Source of the DNA: Acetobacteraceae bacterium
GTDB lineage: Bacteria; Pseudomonadota; Alphaproteobacteria; Acetobacterales; Acetobacteraceae
Reading direction: 5' to 3'
Assembly (NCBI GenBank): GCA_947373495.1
Contig: CANBXZ010000012.1
Span: 1 to 24,000 of the forward strand
DNA: 24,000 bases
The notes under the pieces are model-generated. The model did no database searches. It was not told where the DNA came from and worked only from the letters and a program-made list of their open reading frames with translations. Made by a program: the position numbers and the translations under genes. This document shows, piece after piece, positions 23,258 to 24,000 of this stretch (positions within the stretch are counted from its first letter, which is position 1; each line of letters opens with the position of its first letter).

Positions 23258-23263
23258 CCGGGG

Positions 23264-24000
23264 CTACTTCTCGCAGCGCACCAGCACCGTGCTGCGGTGG
23301 GCCAGCTCGCCCACCTCGGCCGGGCTGCGGTCCCGGCCATTGCTGTCGGCCAACAACGGGGTGAGGCCGATGCCGCGCAGGTATTCGGCCGCTTCCAGCC
23401 CCTTCACCGCGAAGTTCACGTTCTGCGGAATGTCGCCGGTGCGGGCGGCAATGCCGGCGGCGTTCAGCTTGCTGACCACCACGCCCACCACATTGCCCTG
23501 GCGGTCCAGCAGCGGGCCGCCTGAATTGCCCGGCTGCACCGGGGCGCTGATCTGGAATTGCAGCGGGTTGTCGCGCAGGCCCGACAGCGCATTCACCTCC
23601 CCCGTGGTCAGCGTGGGGCCGGAGGACAGGATGCCCGAGAGCGGGAAGCCATAGGTCACCACCTCCTCGCCCCGGCGCACCGCCGGGCTGGCGCGGAAGC
23701 GCAGCGGCGGCCCTACCTCCCCGGCCACCGCCAGCACGGCCAGGTCGCGGCGGCTGTCGGGCGCGGCGTGGGCGCTGGCGGCCAGTTCCACCCCTTCCGG
23801 GCTGCGCACGGTAATCCGCCGGCAGCCTTCCACCACATGCTGGTTGGTCAGCACCCGCTGGCGCGCCACCACGAAGCCGGTGCCGATGCTGCTGCGGCCG
23901 CTGCCTCCCGGGTTGGGGCCGACGCCGGCACCGATGCCGGTACGGGGCGCCGCCATGGGGGGGCCGCTGGCCGGCGGAGGTTTGGCCAGGCCGCCGCCGC
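23264..24000 (-). CDS. Trypsin-like (S1/DegP-type fold) serine peptidase, 5' end beyond the window (partial)
   Basis: The catalytic triad context is visible: LTNQHVV (His), RRDLAVLAV (Asp) and QPGNSGGPLLD (Ser). The frame stays open upstream of the ATG at 23956 through a Pro/Gly-rich stretch (GGGLAKPPPASGPP) to the window edge. The C-terminal tail of about 60 aa does not look like a PDZ domain. Confidence 0.8.
   Translation of the reverse strand, partial: GGGLAKPPPASGPPMAAPRTGIGAGVGPNPGGSGRSSIGTGFVVARQRVLTNQHVVEGCRRITVRSPEGVELAASAHAAPDSRRDLAVLAVAGEVGPPLRFRASPAVRRGEEVVTYGFPLSGILSSGPTLTTGEVNALSGLRDNPLQFQISAPVQPGNSGGPLLDRQGNVVGVVVSKLNAAGIAARTGDIPQNVNFAVKGLEAAEYLRGIGLTPLLADSNGRDRSPAEVGELAHRSTVLVRCEK

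Noticed and set aside
8277-23364. Further shadow ORFs (8277..9497-, 11884..12882+, 12869..13954-, 12931..14526+, 13926..14780-, 14825..16105-, 17942..18694+, 18849..20060+, 19697..21109-, 21214..21783-, 21940..22740-, 22360..23364+)
   Set aside because: The reasoning is the same as above. None has a plausible start context or recognisable protein features, and each is fully explained by the GC3 bias of the real gene it overlaps.
1-24000. A search for CRISPR arrays, IS elements or transposases, integrases, tRNA/rRNA genes, prophage genes, restriction-modification, toxin-antitoxin or other known defence architectures
   Set aside because: I found no repeat-spacer periodicity, no terminal inverted repeats flanking any gene, and no nuclease, ATPase, methylase or recombinase motifs in any frame. 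Every sizeable gene is accounted for by transport or metabolic families. The only direct repeats are the short tandem duplications reported above.

Overview
Very GC-rich (about 70%+ by eye) chromosomal window, probably from a proteobacterium with an expanded Bug/TctC repertoire. An Acetobacteraceae-type alphaproteobacterium is a low-confidence guess. I call 22 protein genes and see no rRNA, tRNA, CRISPR array, transposase, integrase or recognisable defence or toxin-antitoxin genes. The main theme is eight paralogous TctC/Bug-family (tripartite tricarboxylate transporter) periplasmic solute-binding genes with no TctA/TctB membrane partners. Most sit beside or are translationally coupled to redox or hydrolytic enzymes: a NicC-like class A flavin monooxygenase, two luciferase-like (LLM) oxidoreductases, an SDR, a GMC oxidoreductase, an orphan CoxL/xanthine-dehydrogenase-type molybdopterin subunit with an MBL-fold hydrolase, a single-domain MetE-like Zn transferase, and a fumarate-reductase/KstD-type flavoprotein. 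The window therefore reads as a mosaic of uncharacterised carboxylate-uptake and catabolic modules. I cannot point to a clear-cut new system. The best candidates for undescribed biology are a signal-peptide-less SBP_bac_3-like protein inside a monooxygenase operon, the partnerless Mo subunit operon, and the MetE-like/TctC/flavoprotein triplet. Smaller oddities include two tandem duplications, a G-quadruplex motif, and a hairpin abutting a start codon. The many long antisense ORFs in the track are GC3 shadow frames and were rejected.
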